64,000 bases of DNA from Selaginella moellendorffii (taxonomy: Eukaryota; Plantae; Lycopodiophyta), in assembly GCF_000143415.4 (NCBI RefSeq), contig NW_003314395.1:62001-126000 (forward strand), read 5' to 3'. Each line of letters begins with the position of its first letter. The first letter of the stretch is position 1. This document shows, in pieces, positions 46,801 through 61,097 of the stretch. Position numbers and translations under genes: made by a program. The notes below the pieces were generated by a model. It was not told the DNA's origin, made no database searches, and worked only from the letters and a program-made list of their open reading frames with translations.

Positions 46801-48199
46801 ACGGGACTTAATCTATCATTCATCCCAATCTTTGTGAGTTTCATCAGTCACTAATATAAGCCTTTGAAGATTATCCATAATGAACTAGATGATTTTGCTC
46901 TTCTCCTTCAAGTAAAAGAGATCCACCATATGCTTGATAAAGCATATCAAGGTGGGAAAGAGGATAAATCCTCCAAACATTTCTTTTTGTTATAAAATGA
47001 AGTTGTAAGGAAGGATTTTACAAACATTCTAGTATGCAAGATGCCAAATATCAAAGGATCATTATTATTTGATAAAGCCTATATGTCAAAACAAACAATT
47101 AAGGAGTTTTTTTTATGAATCTCTTGATCTACACCTAAATGCATATTGCTAGGTGTAGGTAAGCCACCATAAAGAAAATTATAATATGGAGGGACATTTT
47201 CTTCCAGATCCATGAAAAAAAGATATCTTCATTAGGCATCTTTTTATTCTTTTTTGTCTTAAAATTTTTGTGTCTTTTGCGATGAGTTTGTAGAATCAAT
47301 AAATCTCTAAATTGGGAAAAAGAACAAGTAAAATAAAAAGCCTTGACACTTATATATTGTCACTTATAAAAAAGCAAACCCTACCCCAATTTGTGCCCTA
47401 ACTAGAGCCCTAATGCATTATAGTAATGAAGAGAAAAATAAAGTGCCAAATGTATTATTACACAAATTTACAAGGTAGGAACTCCCAAATTGCTGCATAA
47501 AAACACTAAATAAAAAATAAAAAATATCCAAAATAAAAAAATTAAGTACATCGAACTTACTTATTGATACAATTTCAATAAGTTTATCCATATCCATATA
47601 TTTGGTGTTGATAAACAAAACAATAAAACAAATATGCTTTTCTTTTACCAAAAGAAAATACTTTTTGATCATTATGGTTTATACCTATTCCATCCACCCC
47701 AAAAATAAAAGCCCCAAATGTTGGCTCCACTTAAGATCCTTAGTTAACTCCTTCTCAAACTCTACATCCTACTCAATTAAACACTAATCCTAGTCCATCT
47801 TAGTATGTGGTATATTTAAAGAAAAAAATGAAGTTTATTTCTCTAACAATGTTTATTTACTCAAGAATAATACAATTTTAGAATAAGAATAAGAATTACA
47901 AAGAAAATTTAGAGAACTAAAGATTAGAATTGAGACATTATAACTACAATAATAGAGTCAATCGATTCCTCAAGTAAAATGCAAAATTTTAAATTTAACC
48001 CAAAAAATAGTGTTTATATGAATGTTTTAATTTAAGAAAAAAAATTATCTTGGAAAAGTTAATATATAATTACCCACACGGATTCATAATTCCAATTATC
48101 AAATCAATTTCAAGAAGATGTAGAATGAAGGAGTGTTACAATTTTGTCATAAGTATTATATGGATAAGCTTCCATTAAAGTATAATAAATATGCTACTT

Positions 48200-49400
48200 T
48201 TAAGTTGTCTCTAATACAACCACCATATAATATAATACAAGGAATGGATCAATTATTGGATAGTCATTGTTGGTCATAACCAAGGTAAACATTCATGATT
48301 TCTAGGATTAATCATTTCAACAAAGTGTATTTGTCATGTAGAGTGTGACAAATTCTTTTGTAATTCCTACTAGGAAATAAATGTTGCCAACAAAAAAAAC
48401 TAAAAAGGAATTACAAAGAAGCAGATTGAGCTACCATGCAAAAAGGCAAATAAAGAACTTTTGTGCTTGTATTATAATTAACATCTTGTTTATGAAAAAC
48501 TTTACAATTGCAAAATTTTGTACCATCAGCCTCATGACATCAAGCTCACTTGATTAGCTTTGCATGTGGGAAATCACAAGTACAAGGTTCAAATGGGAAA
48601 ATAGTGAGTAGAAAAGATTATATAAAAAATTTATAGAGAAGAAGTCGAAGATGAGATGAATTAAAATGCATTAATAAACTTATTTTTTTTATAAATAAAA
48701 AAATTGCTTATGATTGCAATTTAAAAGTTCAAGCAAGAAGATTGCCTCTTTCAAACCATATTCTGAACTTCATTAAATGAAATTTACAAAAGGGAGCAAG
48801 GAAGAAAGCCAAAAGTTTATGGTTTTATGGCAGATGAAGTCAATGCAAATTGGAATGTAATGAGGGAAGTTTACTTTGGAGGGGAGCTATACCTAAAAAA
48901 GGAGAGATCTTATATTCCATTTTAAACAGAATTTGCAACTTAAAAAAAAATGATATGTAGCAAATGAAGAACACTAGAAGCTCTGCAAAACATAGCATTT
49001 AGCACAAAAGTAGAGACTAAACAATGTTCTAGGCTTATTTAAAACTGATGAAAAGTTAGAGTCCATACGAAGGATAAAAAATACTTTAACTCATAAATAT
49101 CATAGTGGCACTTAAGAATGTTGTGACAAGAAAAAATTATTTATAAGGTTTGGCTCTAAAAGGAGTTTCACTATGTTTAAAATCTTGAAATTTCACAAAG
49201 AAAAACACTAGAAGTTGTTTTAATTCTGAATATAAATCATGTTGAGATGAAGCATGTAAAGTGGCTAGTTAGACAGGGGTTCAAGCAAAAATAAACCTCT
49301 ATAATACATGTTGTGATGACTTGTGTGAGGCTCTATTGCAAAACATCATGTACTTGAGGGGAAGTCATTGAACAAGGACTATCAATAAAGGAATTGCTAG
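48200..49400 (+). mobile_element. Decayed Mutator/MULE-type transposase remnant
   Basis: 'FMADEVNANWNVMREVY' at about 48825 followed by 'FHFKQ' resembles the MULE DDE region (D..A.N...VF...C.FH). Confidence 0.5.
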
Positions 49401-49519
49401 TTAGGAAGTTGTCAATGATATTTTAGAAAGGAGTGGAAATCAAAAAACAATTTACCAAAATAAGCAGTAACTGCAACTTATATTCTTAGTGACAAGGATA
49501 CACACATGCTAATGTAAAT

Positions 49520-50350
49520 GTTCATGTTTGACCAGTTAGAGACTTCTCCTCATGAAAAACTATCAATTTCAACTCTACAGATAAAGTTACACTTTTAGCT
49601 TTTGCCAAATTGCTCTATTTATACTTCATTTGATATGGATTGCAAGACATAGACCCCTAGTGTGCATAAGCAACATATCTATCCCAAAAATGTCAATGGT
49701 CAAAATCAGTCAAAGTATCATTGACAGCCAAACTGCTGTGTAGCATCCACTAAGGAGAACACACATTTGATATTGTACTAAGAGGAAGCTCTTCCAAAGA
49801 CTTTAGAAATTAAATGCATCTATACATATGCATACTAGTAGAGTATCCAAAAGGCTAATTGATATATTGCACTGTCTGGGTCAAACAAGGTTATCCCTTA
49901 TTCCCCACTCTTTTTGGTTTATATATCAATGCTTTATAGACACTTCTCTTAGAATAAGATTTAGCAGAAACTTATAAGGCTAAACTCTATCTATATCTCC
50001 TCCTCTATGTGTATGATTTCTCAATGACACATAAAGGCTTATATCACCATTTGGCAGCCTTCTATCACTCTACTCACTTGTTTGTAAATCTCACAAAAGC
50101 ACAAATCATGATCCTTGGTTGAGTTGATTGCAACAACAAGAATGATGGTGGTTTTCACTATAAAAACCAAGTATTTGCCCATGTTTAGAAATACAAGTAC
50201 CTTGATTACATGGTGGACACCAAGGATCCCTAGCAAATAGGATCAATAGAACAAATTCAAGCTACCACCAATACCTATTACACACTTCAATATGATCTCA
50301 AACAAGTTGCCATCTTTCAATGGGATATTTGTAAACAATACTATCACATA
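49520..50350 (+). mobile_element. Decayed LINE (non-LTR) reverse transcriptase remnant
   Basis: 'GVKQGYPLFPTLFGLYINAL' (GVKQGCPLSP motif) and 'LLLYVYD' (YADD-like). Confidence 0.7.
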
Positions 50351-50359
50351 AAGTCATCA

Positions 50360-53300
50360 TGGCATTGATATATGGAGGTGAGTAGTCTCGTTGCATACGC
50401 AGAGATGAAAATGATGATCCGAGTGAGTATACTTTTGGGTGCACAAGCTTCGCAATTGTTCCTTAGGTATGGATTTTAGTTACCTTTTGTACCATATTAT
50501 GTGAGCTTGCTCTTGGGCTCATAAAAGGGATTGAGTTGGCAAGATGGATTTGAGGTGTACTACAATCCCACGGTGGATACCTTCATCTGTGGATACTCTA
50601 CACAAAAGAAGGGATGTATGCATGAATGCCCAATACATACGATTTAAAATTTAAGGGTAGGAATATACCTTGCTCAAGGGTATATTATATTTTTAAGTAG
50701 CCATTAATTAATGGGAATCAAACCCGTGCCATTTTCTTTATAACGTTATGCTTGGTGGCAAATTGCACCTTGCATTTCATTAAGACTCTATGAGAGTAGT
50801 GAGCTCTCACTGATCTTGACTTGGTTTGAGTGGCCTTGCGCTTTGGCTGAGGATGGTGATGTCCAACTTAGTTGTTTGAGGTTGAGATGTTGGTACCCAT
50901 ACTATAGCTCAGTCTATCAGGAGGTTGTGTACCAATATAAATCCATTTCATGATCTTCATTTTAGTTTCAATTAAGTGTTGGTCATGTATAGATAGCCTC
51001 TTCAAGGTATGCTCAGAACTAGTGGCTAAATGCATTAGTGAACTTATTGCGGTTGAGTTGGATTCGAGTGGTCATTTAGTTTATGCTAGTCCATGAACCT
51101 TTATCTTGTATCTGGGGTATTACATTCATGCTAAACAAGTATATGACTCGATGGCATGAGTTTAGTGTTGGGTCTTGTGAAGGCAAGTTGAAATAGTGAT
51201 TATTAGTTGCTTGCGACTAGTGATTGCTTGTAAACTTCATCAAGGACTGTGGACACTTGCTTCGCTCGATGATGATTTATCAGTGATGGGCTTGCTTTAC
51301 TGGATGGTGTTGCAGAGGATCGTATGGTTAAATTTACATGGTTTTTCCATGTTGGCATATTGACTCTACCTTTGTTGATATCATTTGGTTACATTTAATT
51401 TGTAGTGTTGGATTTCATTGAGTCTTGGACATGGTGAATCACTCCTTCATGATGTGTTATATGTAACTGAGTATTGTTGGAGGATTGGTTTCGAATACTG
51501 AGTAAAGTATTTTCGACTTTGGTTAACTTGGTTGCTGGAGAGCTTTAAGTGGTGATTCACTCTTGCTTCCTTCTAGCTTTGTTATGGTGTTGATGGCATT
51601 GAAGGGATGCTTTGTCGTTAACATAGTTGATATTAAAATTTGAGTGAAATGAAATGTCTCTCTATAAGATTGATATTGAGTTTCATTAGTCTCGATAAAT
51701 ATAGTGTTGCTGATTTGGCTATGGCTTTGTGTTATTAGCATTTTTGCATTTGCTAATTAGCAACTATATTGATGTTCAAATGAACTGAGTTGCAAGTTGA
51801 GTTAGTTATGTTCTAGGCGAGATTGTTTAGTAGGGGTTGAGTTTTGAGCTTTTTCTTGAAAAGTGATTTAGTCATGGACTATACTAACTCTACAAGAGGA
51901 AGAGTTAGTGATCGATATTGGAATGTTTGAATCTTTATTAGATTTGAGTTGGAATATATTGATCATTAATAACTCTTCTTGTGTTTGTTATAAAGTGAGT
52001 TACATCTTGCTATAGATGGATTCATGGAAGATCGTTTAATGATCATTTGTTGAGCATAACTTCAATATACTTAACTTTTAGATTTATGTAGACATGCTTT
52101 TCATTAGCTTTGTATTATAAAGTTTAGCTTATGGATGTGTTGATGAGGATATTATGGATTGTGCTATAATTTCTTCTTTGACATTAAAATAAGTTCATGC
52201 AAGATTTGTGATCATTTTAGGTAAGATTTTGTTATAAACTTCTTCGAGCTTTTGGTTCCTTGAGTTTTATGCTCATTGTTCCATTTGTTAAAAGTTGTTG
52301 GGGAAGGCATTCTAACTTATATCTTCACTATTGAAGTTAGTATTTACATCTGGCAATCATTAGTGATGATTGACTATCATCTAAGCTAATTGATTATCCT
52401 CATCAAAAGGTTTTTCTTGATTGTTGTTAATACAGAATGATTTGCTATTCTTCGAGATGGTGTAGTCGTTCTTTGATGATAATTTTGCATATCTCTTTTT
52501 GATGGGATGATCGATGATTTTTCATAATGGTTGGTTATGCTATTTGATAGCTTATGGCTTTTTGCAATACCACATGTTCTTTGTGGTTTGTTCTAGATTG
52601 GTCTTTTGGGTTTGAGATATCCGTAGGATGTTGCTAACACTTGCTAAAGCAACTTGAGTTCTTTTGTATTATTAACCGAGATCTATTTAGATTGGCTTCT
52701 ATGATAGTTAGCATGAATGAGTGTTTGTTGGTTTTACCACATTTATTTTGTTTTGCTGATTATTGTTTGAGTTAGTTTTAATAAATTATTATGTTATTTC
52801 CTTCGAGTGATATATTCGCGAGCATTTTGTTTGCCAGTTGATGATACTTTGTATTCTTTGAGTTGCCTTTCGTAAGTTCTTTGGCATTCTGTCTATAATT
52901 TTTGACCCTTATGTTTTGTCATTTAGTGTCCTTAATGATACACTAGCTATTGAATTTTGTTGGATAGTGAATCTTATGTTTTCCGAACATACTGATCTTG
53001 GTGGTTCCTATACTCTAATACTGGTTTATCGGATGATAACTTACTTAGAATACTTTTGTGTTCTAATATAAGATTTAATCATTGATACTTAAGACTCTCA
53101 GATATCATTATCTATGACTTTGATATTGTCCAATTATTGATCTTTGAGTTTGGGTCAATATATATAGATTGGCTTCAGCACTTCGTGTGCATGGTGAAAT
53201 CTCTAGTTTTGGGGTAGCTACTGTCGATTGGTCATATCACCTGCCTCTCTATCAATATTCCTTATTCCATTAAAAGGACATGACCGTGTAAACAATTCTA

Positions 53301-53430
53301 ATTGCTTGTTTACAGTCGTCTATCTAAACCTTACTGACGGGTTTGGTTTCTTTGCTTAGGAGGGTTGAGGCCTCTGGCTTCTCTCTCTATGTCCCTGTAG
53401 GTAGGGGCATATCACACTTTTGTAAGCTGA
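50360..53430 (+). mobile_element. Decayed LTR-retroelement internal region
   Basis: 50398-50555 is an inverted copy of the post-PBS region 53899-54055; downstream sequence is T-rich, CpG-poor and stop-riddled. Confidence 0.45.
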
Positions 53431-53530
53431 NNNNNNNNNNNNNNNNNNNNNNNNNNNNNNNNNNNNNNNNNNNNNNNNNNNNNNNNNNNNNNNNNNNNNN
53501 NNNNNNNNNNNNNNNNNNNNNNNNNNNNNN
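53431..53530. other. Assembly gap (100 N)
   Basis: Run of N. Confidence 1.
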
Positions 53531-54111
53531 GTACTACTACTTTGGACCAAACCTCAAACTTGCTTTCACACTGCCTTCAATCCAATCCAAAAAAAGTTTA
53601 TGAGAGAGCACGACAATGAGTACTTGAATTAATAGACTCATCCTTACAATCTTTGATTGATCCACTTTTAATCATGCCTAGGAAGGATCCACTAGTGCTA
53701 TGCTAAACAGCTATGGACCAGCCTATTTGCCACTCATAGCAAACCTAAGGGAGGTTTACTTTCACCCAAGGTACATGGAACAACTTATGGAACCACCAAT
53801 AGACTAACATTAATTCTGCCAACTCAAAGTGTAACCTTGAGTTGTTAATGTGCCTCATTCACGAGCCCAAGCATAAGCTCATGCAAAATGGTACACCTTA
53901 AATCCATCTTGCCAACTCAATCCCTTTTATAAGCCGAAGAGCAAGCTCACATTATTATGGTACAAAAAGGTAACAAAGTCCATACCCAAGGAACAATTGC
54001 AAAGCCTTTGCACCCAAATGTGTACCCATTCAGATTATCGTTTTCATCTCTGCATATATAATGAGATTAGTTGCCCAATCTCATTGGATAGTACTTGCTG
54101 AGACTCATGCC

Positions 54112-54490
54112 CTCTAATACCAAATGTAGCGCATGTGGTTTTGACCCTTTATCCTATGGTGATTTACCATAGGATAACCACAGAAGCGGAACCTAAACTT
54201 TCCATGTGCCACATATCATATACCACATCTCTAAAGAACAGTGGTGTGGAACTCAAGTTTCAATGCCTTGGGCCATTGAATGAAGGAATGGTGCTAAACT
54301 CCCAATCATGGAGCCAAGAAGCAATGGCACTAGAGCACAGGATGACTCCCGAGCATATAACCCAAAGAGCGAAAGGATAGAAGTATGGAGCGACTTAGAA
54401 CAATCTTGGAGTATCCAGCATCCCAATGCTAGGACCAGCACGCAAAATGGAGCTTCCACCACTTAGCATGGTCTAGAACTGGAACATTTC
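54112..54490 (-). mobile_element. PBS plus 5' LTR of a minus-strand LTR element
   Basis: CTCTAATACCA (reverse complement TGGTATTAGAG) lies 2 nt from TGTAGC at 54126; homologous to 39335 onward. Confidence 0.7.
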
Positions 54491-54519
54491 AAACCCCCCA
54501 TAGCCCCCCCCTGACAACT

Positions 54520-57500
54520 TTGTTTCGGCAAAGTTTGTTGTAGATCATGGCTTGGTCACACGCGGAGTTCCTCCATATATGGTGGAAGGTGCAACTACCT
54601 CTACTTAGCATTTTGATGCTTGTGTAGAGGGGCTGGAAGTGTTAATTGGCAAAACCATACTTGTGGAGACTTTTTATCTCATAGATATCTATTGTGTGGA
54701 TTTCATTCTTAGGATGACATGGCCGGTGAAAGTGAATCCGAAGATAAAGTGGAGTATTAAGTGTGTCTCACTGGAGTACAGTGGCATTAAAAATGTGTGG
54801 TTTGGAGAGGGAATTCAACCTCCAATTATTATGCTCTCTGCTACATCTTTGAAGTGAGCTTGTCGTAATGGAAAAACACTTTCAAGTTACTTATTGTTTG
54901 TTCGTGACTTGGGGGACCAAGGCACTTGTGGCAGAGAAGCAGTAGTACGGGATGTACTCGATGAGTTTTCCGATGTTTTTCTATCTGAACTTCCTCATGG
55001 GTTGCCTCCATTACAAGGTGTCGAGCATAGGATTATGTTGGAGCCAAGGACACGGCCAATTTACCAGCGTCCATTTCGGTTAAGTTATGCAAAGGAGCAA
55101 GAAGTTCAACGACAACTCAAGGAGTTACTTGAGTTTGAATTTATTTAGCCAAGTAAGTCTTTGTTTGGTGCTCCAGTCTTGCTTGTGAAGAAGAAGGATG
55201 GTTCAATGCAAATGTGTATTGACTATTATGCCTTGAATAAAAAGAAGGTGAAAGATAAGATGCCAATGCCACATATGGATGATATCTTAGACAAACTTGG
55301 TGAAACATGAGTGTTTACCAAGATTGATCTAAGGAGTGGATATCATTAAATTGCAATCTATCTTCAATACAACATTCAATACAAGCTTTAAGCATTTTGA
55401 GTTTACAGTTATGCCGTTTGGTTTGCCAAATACACTAGCCACATTTACTCGATTGATGATGGAGGTATTTGGGTGTTATCTTCATGAGTTTGTGAAGATT
55501 TTCTTGGACGATATTTTTGTTTTCAGCAAGAATATGGAAGAGCATAAGGTGCATTTGTGCAAAGTTCTTTTGTTACTCTTTGACAACAAACTTTATGCGA
55601 AGAAGAACAAATGTGAGTTTGCAAAGTCAGAGATGGAATATCTAAGCCATATTGTGATATCTAAAGGTCCAAGGAAGGTAGCTATGGTGGAGAATTAGCC
55701 TACACCAACTACAGTGGCAAAGTTATGTAGTTTCCTTGGAATGGGTAGTTAATACTGATGTTTCCAACATAAGTTTGCGGAAGTGGCTATTCCTTTGACA
55801 CGGTTGTTACGCAAAAATGTGCCTTTCTAGTGGAAGAAGCCACAAGAGGAGAGTTTTGTGGCGCTGAAATGGTTGTTGAGCGAGGTTCTAGTGTTTCGTA
55901 TTGTTATGTGGTGGCAGATGCCTTATTTCATATTTGTCATGTGATGGCGTTATAAACACGATTTGATCATCATTTGAGTAAGATGGTCAACGAATTTGGG
56001 CAGTTGGTTGAGCATGCTCAGGCTCAAGATGCTAAGGTGGCCTCTTTGCAAGATCAGATGGAAGCCCCTTTCTCATTGGTGGATGGGATTCTACTACAAT
56101 GGTCGTGTCTATTTGCCACGAGTAGATGCATTAATTACTCAAGTTTTATTCTACTATCATGATCGTTTAGAGGTCGGTCATTTTGGGGGGAAAAAGACAT
56201 ATGAGTTGATTAAACACAATTTTTATTAGAGGAATATGAAGGCTGATATCCTTGAGTATTGTAAATCATGCGAGCTCTGTCAATGAGTTAAGGAGAAGCT
56301 AAGGGGACTTTTGCAACCTTTACTTATTCCTTACAACTGTTGGTGTAGTATCTCTATGGACTTCATCACTTATTTACCACGAACACAGAGGCAAAAAGAA
56401 CAAGTATGGGTCATAGTGGATCGATTGACGAAGTATGTTCGGTTGTTGGATCTTTGAAAGACTGTCACTGCCTCAAACTTGGCTGCGGTCTACTTGGAGA
56501 AGGTTTTTCCTGATTTTGGTTTGCCGAAAGATATCATTAGTAATCGAGATTCAAAGTTCACAAGTGAATTTTGGAAGAGCTTTGTGAAGGCTATGCAAGT
56601 GACTTTGAAACTCTTGAGTGGCAATCATCTTTAGACGGATAGGCAAACCAAGCATGTGAATCAGGTGGTGGAGGATATGCTACGTTGTAGCATTGGTCAA
56701 AGGCAAGGATAGTGGGATTTATATCTTCTATTGGTGCAATTTGTTTACAACAATAGCCAGCATAGTGGAACCAAACTAAGTCTTTACATTGCCATGTTTG
56801 AAAGGCACCCCCAAACAGCAGTGGAGTTGGGATTGCATTTGAGTAAGAACATTCAAAATAAATTTGATTTAGAGGTAATTGATCTAGCCATAGAACTTGA
56901 TGAGATTCTGGTGGTGTGCAAACAAAATTTGCATGCATCTCAGGATAGAGCGGAGAAGTTTGCTAATGAGTATTACTAATTCTGGGAATATAAGGTGGGT
57001 GATCTCGTCTTTGTGTGAGTGATCTTTACGTCAAATGAGTGGCGAAACACCTTGGTGCCTTTACGGACAGGGAAGAGTGATAAACTTTCCCATCGATATG
57101 CTGGTTCATATGAAGTGCTAGAGCACATTGGTAAAGTGGCTTATCAGGTGTGGCTACTAACTAGGGTGAAAATTCATCTAATATTTTATGTCAGCCAGTT
57201 GAAAGGTGTACTATCTTGAAGTGATGGGCTCAATGCCTCCTTGATATATACGGCTATGGAAGATGGACTAAGAGCTTGAGCAGGGTTCCCCAGAAAGGGT
57301 AATCACTGGTACAACTTTTTTTTCAATCAAAATCTTAATTAGACCCGGGGGGGGGGGGGGGGGAGAATTGTTGGATGCCAGCTTTGACCACATGGTCAAT
57401 GTTAGTCAAAGGGAGGCTCAAGGGTATATTAAGGCATATTAGGATAAGGGACTTAACCTACCCTAAGGCTCACAGTGGAGTGGCGGCATAGAGGAGCTTT

Positions 57501-57655
57501 TGAGGTAGCTTAGGGGTGGTTAGGTGGCAAGGAACCTCAAGAGGAGGTGTAATGTAGTCACGCTAGATCATAACAACTAAGGTGGAGAGTCATGCCCTCT
57601 CAAGATGCTACTCCTCAAGGAAAACCCACTCCTGGGACCTTCTGATGCCAATATC
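54520..57655 (+). mobile_element. Ty3/Gypsy pol pseudogene (RT, partial RNase H, integrase) with PPT and 3' LTR
   Basis: 'LPPLQGVEHRI.L', 'GAPVLLVKKKDGS', 'FTVMPFGL.N', 'FLDDIF', 'GHFG..KT', 'SISMDFIT'; G-run PPT 57346-57367; LTR starts TGTTGG at 57369. Confidence 0.92.
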
Positions 57656-58057
57656 AAGTGGTGATATACTTAACCATCAATAAAAGTTAAACTAAAGAAT
57701 AGCTCTAATACCAAATTATGGAGCCATTCACACCTGCGCTTTATATAAAAATATTTTAAAAAGTGTATTTTAACTTTTGTGACTGTTGCATTCGCACTTC
57801 AGTAGTTTTTAGGTTGTTTTAAGCTTTAAGTATGCATTTTAAAACATTTTCATTCCCACTTGCATAAGTTTTTGTGGTAAAAATTTAATGTAAAACACTA
57901 GTGACTTCGCACTTGACTTCTTTAAAATGTCTTCAAAATAGCATTCGAACATGTTTTAAAATATTTTAAAATTTCAAATTCAAATCAAATTCGAAATGCT
58001 AACCCTAAATTTCAATTTCAAATTTCAAATTTCAAATATTAAATTTGAACATAGCAA

Positions 58058-59560
58058 TCACGCAGTTCTACGACGCCGCAAACATAAGAAGTCAATTAGG
58101 TTCTCTCGGACCTCCTGTGCATCCTCTAGCCAATGCAAGTTTTCTTGTGGTTCTCCCTCAGCCACAATAGGATCCCCGTAATCTTCAAAAATCTCTGCTT
58201 CCTTCAAGGCTTGAATGTGTTTCTCCCATGCTTTGATCTTGGCATTGATGTTTGTTTCACCAACATTAATCAAGAAGTTGTGCAAGATGCAACAACTTTT
58301 GATGATGTTCGGTTGGTACTTCGGCTTGATCCTTTGTTTTTGATCCAAGCATTTGAATTTCATTTTCAAGAGTCCAAATGCTTGTTCAATAACAATCCGA
58401 GCTAGATGGTGTTGCTGGTTGTACTCCGCCTTAGTCACTGTCAACCAGGAACCTGTTTCAAATGAATAATTGAAAAAAAAAAAAAAAACAATCAACTTAC
58501 CCAAGTGAGGGATCATCAAGTGCTGTTGCAACTGGTAACCTTTGTCTCCCACCAAGTATGGCTCAATCCACTCGTCAAAAGCAAACTCCCGAGGAACTGT
58601 GAGTAATTCCCTTGCTTGGATCTTGTGGCATAGCCTAGAGTTCTGAAAAACCCTCATGTCATGAACACCCCCTGGAAAAAAAAAAACCAATTAAATGTAT
58701 AGAAGAAAAAATTAAAAGTAATTACTTGGCCAGCCTGCATAAATACTCAAGAACCTTTTCTAAGCATGACAAACCCCCTGCAAGATCACTGAGTACCATT
58801 GCTTTCAATCAAAGTAGCCCTCACCATCCGGGCAAACTGGTTGAATAATCTCAAAATGTGTACAATCGATCGCCCCAGCCACATTAGGGAGACGAGTCTT
58901 GGTGATTTGCTGAAAATCTACCGCCACAACTCTAACCTCCACTGTTGTCTCTGGGAATCGAATCTTGTACCTGAGGCACTTGACGATTGCAGCAGTTGTC
59001 TGCACCACAATGTCATGTGCAGTGGCTTCCCCAATCCCAAACTTGTCAAACAGGTCGGAGTAGTTGGTGTTCTTGAACAACTTGTACAAAGTGACCCCCA
59101 AATGAACATCCACTGGCACTGCTCTCCTAAACTTTGTATCCTGCTTGCAAATTTCAGCCTCTAGAATGCCATAAAGCCCAAAGAACGTCTTCTTCTGCTT
59201 CCATCGACCTGGGTCATACAACTCCATGAAGAACTTGCTCCATATTGTCATACACCGTGGCTTCACCCACTAGAGACCGGTGTCAAGTCGCTTGGACAAG
59301 ACTGCTCGACAAAGCTTGTCTTCGTCCTCCTCCTCCTCTGGAAAAGTTTGTGCCACCGGGGTCTTGTCATTGATAATGGATTGAAAAGCCTCCACAGCGA
59401 GAAACAAAACTTGCAAAATAAGCAAGATTACCTTGTTCCTCAATAAGGCATTGATGACTGCTGCTTGATTGTTGAAAGAACCACGTTCCTCCTGAGCATC
59501 TCTTTGGTTTTCCTCAAAACCATCTTCTGTTTCCTCGGGTTGAATTGTTGCAAGATCCTG
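58058..59560 (-). pseudogene. Harbinger DDE transposase (HARBI1-like) with nonsense mutations
   Basis: 'GAIDCTHF', 'GGVHDMRVF', 'LVGDKGY', 'RIVIEQAFGLLK', 'CCILHNF'; stops at 59270, 58805 and 58760. Confidence 0.9.
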
Positions 59561-59660
59561 AAAAAAAAATGGTTAGAAAAATCTAAAATATCATAGCCTA
59601 AACACAGTTTAGTTTAATATTAATAATTAATGTCCCCCTAAAATCCCGAAAACAAGACGG

Positions 59661-61097
59661 CTAACTCCTGGATGCAACCCCGTTCAAGAAGTTGGAGATG
59701 GAGCTTGCAAGGTTGGAGATGACTCCAGCTAAAACTGTTGCAACTGCAGCCTTTTCCTTCTCAGCCAGGCTATTCTCCTTCATGCAAACAATGCTCTCCT
59801 TTTGCCATGCTAGATTCTGCTCATTTCGAGCAGCAGCGAGAGCATTCCCCTCAGCAAGCAAAGTTGTCATGCTTTTCTCGGCCTTCTTCGGGTTCTTCTG
59901 CTTCCTTGAACTCCCTGGCACCTGTGTAGCATCTCCAGGAGGATTAACACCATCCGCGGGATCCTCCTCGTAAGCTTCCTCTTCCGGAGCATCTGAATCA
60001 ACAAGAAATGTTGGAGATGTCGATGCCTGCTTCGCTAGGAATTCATCCATGACGTTGAAGTACTCAACTGGGAACACCTTCAAGTTCAGCTTCACCGGCA
60101 TAAGTCACTTCGCATCCTCGTGGCTCAAGCTAAAGTAGTCAGAGTTTCCAGTTTTCCTCTGGAAATCACAAACACACTTGTAGTCATTGCAAAGGTTGTT
60201 CCAGCAAGTCCGGCAAGCTTTCTAGTCCCGCTGCATGCCAGCAGCTTGCATCTTCTTCGCAATCCTCTTCCAGCGATTGGTTGCTGTCAACGTCATCTCC
60301 TCGCTGCCCCGCATTGCCCCGATCTTTCCAAGGTGATCTTCCCATTTGAAGTCAATGAGGGAAGCCGTCTCATCATCCCCCCAGTTTTTCCCGCGTTTCT
60401 TCCTCATTTTCTTCGCAACATGAACACCTGCCTCCCCTTCCTCATCGTCATCGCCCTCCTCTTCATCACCCCGATCATCTTCTTCCACCTCCTGTTCAAT
60501 GGCAATGTCGTCCTGCTCCTCCAAGTTATGAAACCAGAACTGCATGTACTACTGTCCTGGTGACTACTCCTGCTCCAAGTCACCTACTTCGCCACCCTAA
60601 ACCCGAAACCACTCTCCTAGAATCTGAGCTAAACTCGGTTTGAAGCTTACCTTGTTAGTTGTCGTAGAAGAGAATTCAGAGAACAATTGAGTTCTAGAAG
60701 CCGTGGGGGGAGAGGCTCCAGCTCCCTGTGCTACAGCTCCCTGTGCTCCAGCTCCCCGTGCTACAGCTCCCCGTGCTCCAGCTCCAAGTCCGCCCTGATT
60801 GAGGCCAAGATTCAAGAGATCGGCATCTTCATGGCCTCGGCCTCGAGGCGGCCTGCCTCCTCGAGCAACAGCTGGGCCTGGTACTCGTCCTCCAGCCCCG
60901 GATGCTCCTCCACCACGGTTGCTCCTCACTCCATGAGCAGCACCTCCTCGCTGGATGCCACTGCCCCGAACCCGCACCATCTCCTCATCAAACCCTACAG
61001 CTCCTCCTTCCCCAAAATCAGCTGCTCCTCCTTCCTCCACCAAATCCCCAACAGGATCTAACCCTAGGGCGATGACTGCTGTCGGCTCCCTTGCCAT
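59661..61097 (-). pseudogene. Harbinger Myb/SANT-like DNA-binding ORF, disrupted
   Basis: 'KNWGDDETASLIDFK...RWKRIAKKM...RD' then 'YFNVMDEFL'; acidic and Gly/Ala-rich N-terminus. Confidence 0.8.

Noticed and set aside
42865-53430. Inter-gap contig simply inverted by the assembler
   Set aside because: Flipping it would move the array arm away from its partner rather than restoring a continuous array.
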